DNA of 63,953 nt, counting the filler, from Thelocarpon superellum (taxonomy: Eukaryota): NCBI GenBank assembly GCA_026025795.1. It is 3 parts of 3 records of this genome, joined end to end, with 100 filler letters (N's around TTAATTAATTAA, not from the genome) between each part and the next. Parts side by side here need not be neighbours in the genome. Positions count along the whole stretch, not along the records: positions 49,622 to 63,953 come from JAPEUG010000432.1; 2 more parts are not named here. One strand, written 5' to 3'. Position 1 is the first letter of the stretch. Each line of letters begins with the position of its first letter. Below, in pieces: positions 62,188-63,953 of this stretch. The notes below the pieces were generated by a model, which was given only the letters and a program-made list of their open reading frames with translations, had not been told where the DNA came from and did not search any database. Made by a program: the position numbers and the translations under genes.

Positions 62188-62745
62188 TCATTTCACCCGG
62201 TGTCGGTCCAGAGCGAGATTTGTATGTAGCTAGCTCTCGTACGTCGTCACCCAAAAGAGCCAGGGGTGTTTAGGCAGACGTTCTTGTTCTCGCGGGTCAA
62301 CTCATCGGTCTCTGTAGCTGAGCTCGAAGTCGAGCTTTTATTCCGGTCGCATGGAGGGGAACTCCGCTAGCTACCGATTGAGTTCATGCGATTCTGGCCG
62401 ATCGACACTGTAGGGCTCAGCATGCTTCTGCATAATTACATGCTTGCCGATACTATTGCATCCTCAACTTATGACACGTGCTATGTCTTGTCTGTTGAAC
62501 ACGGTAGGTACCCAAGGATGATATGTTTCGGTGCCCATTTTGCGCATGGGATGCGGGAGGAGATGCTTGTACACTTAGACTATGAGAACGTGGGTGGTTG
62601 GACACAGGATTGTGACTGGCCAGACAGAGATCATGAACTCATCCTACCACCCACGTTTCTTTTCGCCCCATATATAGTGTACAAGGCGATCAACACGCAA
62701 GAATCTTCAACACTTCTCCCGACCAATGTTCTTGTGGTGGTGGTC

Positions 62746-63449
62746 TCATGCCACCACCTCCGACCGACGATCAATAATGTTGCAAGGGAAGTCGCTAGAC
62801 GGGTCGCAGATGTTTCCGTAGATGTCTTCCTTGTGGCCGTCGACATAGTGCGTGGGAAGGGTATCGCCGCCGCCGCCAATCTGCCATATGGAGCCATCCG
62901 GGTCTTGCCACTTATTCTGCCCAATCCAATGGCCCTGGTCACCGTCGTTCCCATCGTGATGGTCGTGGTCGTCGTGGCCCGGCGGGTTTCGTGCCACCAA
63001 GTCGGATCGGCGGGTGACGATGTTGCACGGGAGGTTGCTGACCGGGTCGCAGACGTTCCCGTAGATGTCCACCTTGTTGCCATCGACATAGTGCCAGGGA
63101 AGGCTTTCACCGTCGCCTCCGTTATGCCACCCGTCATCATCGGCCCCCTGGTTGTTATTGTTGTTGTTCTTGCTGTTGTCCGAACCTTGGTGATCGTCTT
63201 GGTGGCCACCAGGAGGACCGGGCGGACCCCAATGGCGTCGCACCACGACGGTAGTGCCTAAATGGTGCCGCCGTCAGCGGCTGCAGTCTGAAGGGCCAAG
63301 CATCTTGCAAGGCCCCAGAGGCGCAGTATGTCAACGGCAGGGGAAGGAATGAGTCCGTCGATCCACTCACCGGCAGCAGTGGGCAGCGCCGCGGACAGGG
63401 TCAACAGGAGAGCGCAGGCAGCGCCCGTGGACAGGGTGGAGAAGAGCAT
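62746..63449 (-). CDS. Secreted repeat-containing peptide precursor (Kex2-processed repeat protein-like), 2 exons
   Basis: Signal MLFSTLSTGAACALLLTLSAALP; intron GTGAGT (63370)..CTGAC..TAG (63259) keeps the frame into GTTVVVRRHWG; two about 38-aa repeats, each ending in RR. Confidence 0.75.
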
Positions 63450-63620
63450 GATACTAGCGAGGACGAAGGATAGGCTTAGATCCAAGAGAATTCGAAAGAG
63501 GGTGGCGCGTTGTCGATGGACCGAGTGGGATCACCTGCTCTTATGTAGTGACGATGCACAGCGAGACAGGAATTTGTGTGAGCACATTGACGCGCTGGGG
63601 TCCAATCTGGGACGAGCATG

Positions 63621-63667
63621 GGAGGGGAGACAAGGGAGGGGAGACAAGGGAGGGGAGACAAGGGAGG
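63621..63667 (+). repeat. Purine-rich tandem repeat (GGAGGGGAGACAAG)x3.3 upstream of the repeat-peptide gene
   Basis: Three perfect 14-bp units plus a partial unit. Confidence 0.85.
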
Positions 63668-63953
63668 ACCTCGAAATGAGGCCCACGTGGGGTCTCAGCA
63701 CGACGAGCCACTGGCATCAACGAGAGCATGCAGGATTCACGGGATCTGCTGCGCAACTACCGTTCATGAAGCACGACATGGACAACACATGACGAGACAT
63801 CAGATGGGCCAGGCGTCGGGGTCAATATCGCGATCGGGATATACGTTGAGGTAGCGGGACCGCCGAATCATGTGAGAGATGTTGGTCGCGCCCAGGTGGC
63901 CGTCTGGGGCCGCCTGGGTCACGCTCGCGGGGATGAGGCAGAAGAGGGCTTCC

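Overview
GC-rich, intron-containing DNA of a filamentous ascomycete (Pezizomycotina-type GT..CTRAC..AG introns). It is not one contiguous locus: two 100-bp artificial linkers (44 N + TTAATTAATTAA + 44 N) split it into three pieces (1-24863, 24964-49521, 49622-63953). About 26 protein genes can be assembled by hand-splicing the ORF track. They include a hybrid histidine kinase, a short/branched acyl-CoA dehydrogenase, DapB, NAD(P)HX dehydratase, Spt2, Rpp2, Rps15, a NUFIP1/Rsa1-like protein, Rpc25, complex I 17.8-kDa subunit, a SET-MYND protein, a GH16 Crh transglycosylase, a Tdp1-like enzyme, a FarB/Ctf1-beta-like Zn2Cys6 factor, Mod5 and three flavoproteins, plus one clear pseudogene. No tRNA, rRNA, CRISPR or intact mobile element is supported. 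The three most unusual observations are: (1) a 156-aa ER protein made only of signal peptide + Sil1 N-terminal two-Cys motif + KDEL, with no armadillo exchange-factor domain; (2) a spliced gene fusing an Sso-type syntaxin Habc/half-SNARE region to a fungal BTB/POZ domain, with no membrane anchor; (3) a Kex2-type repeat precursor with two Cys-containing, RR-delimited peptides. Family calls rest on motif recognition by eye; no database search was run.
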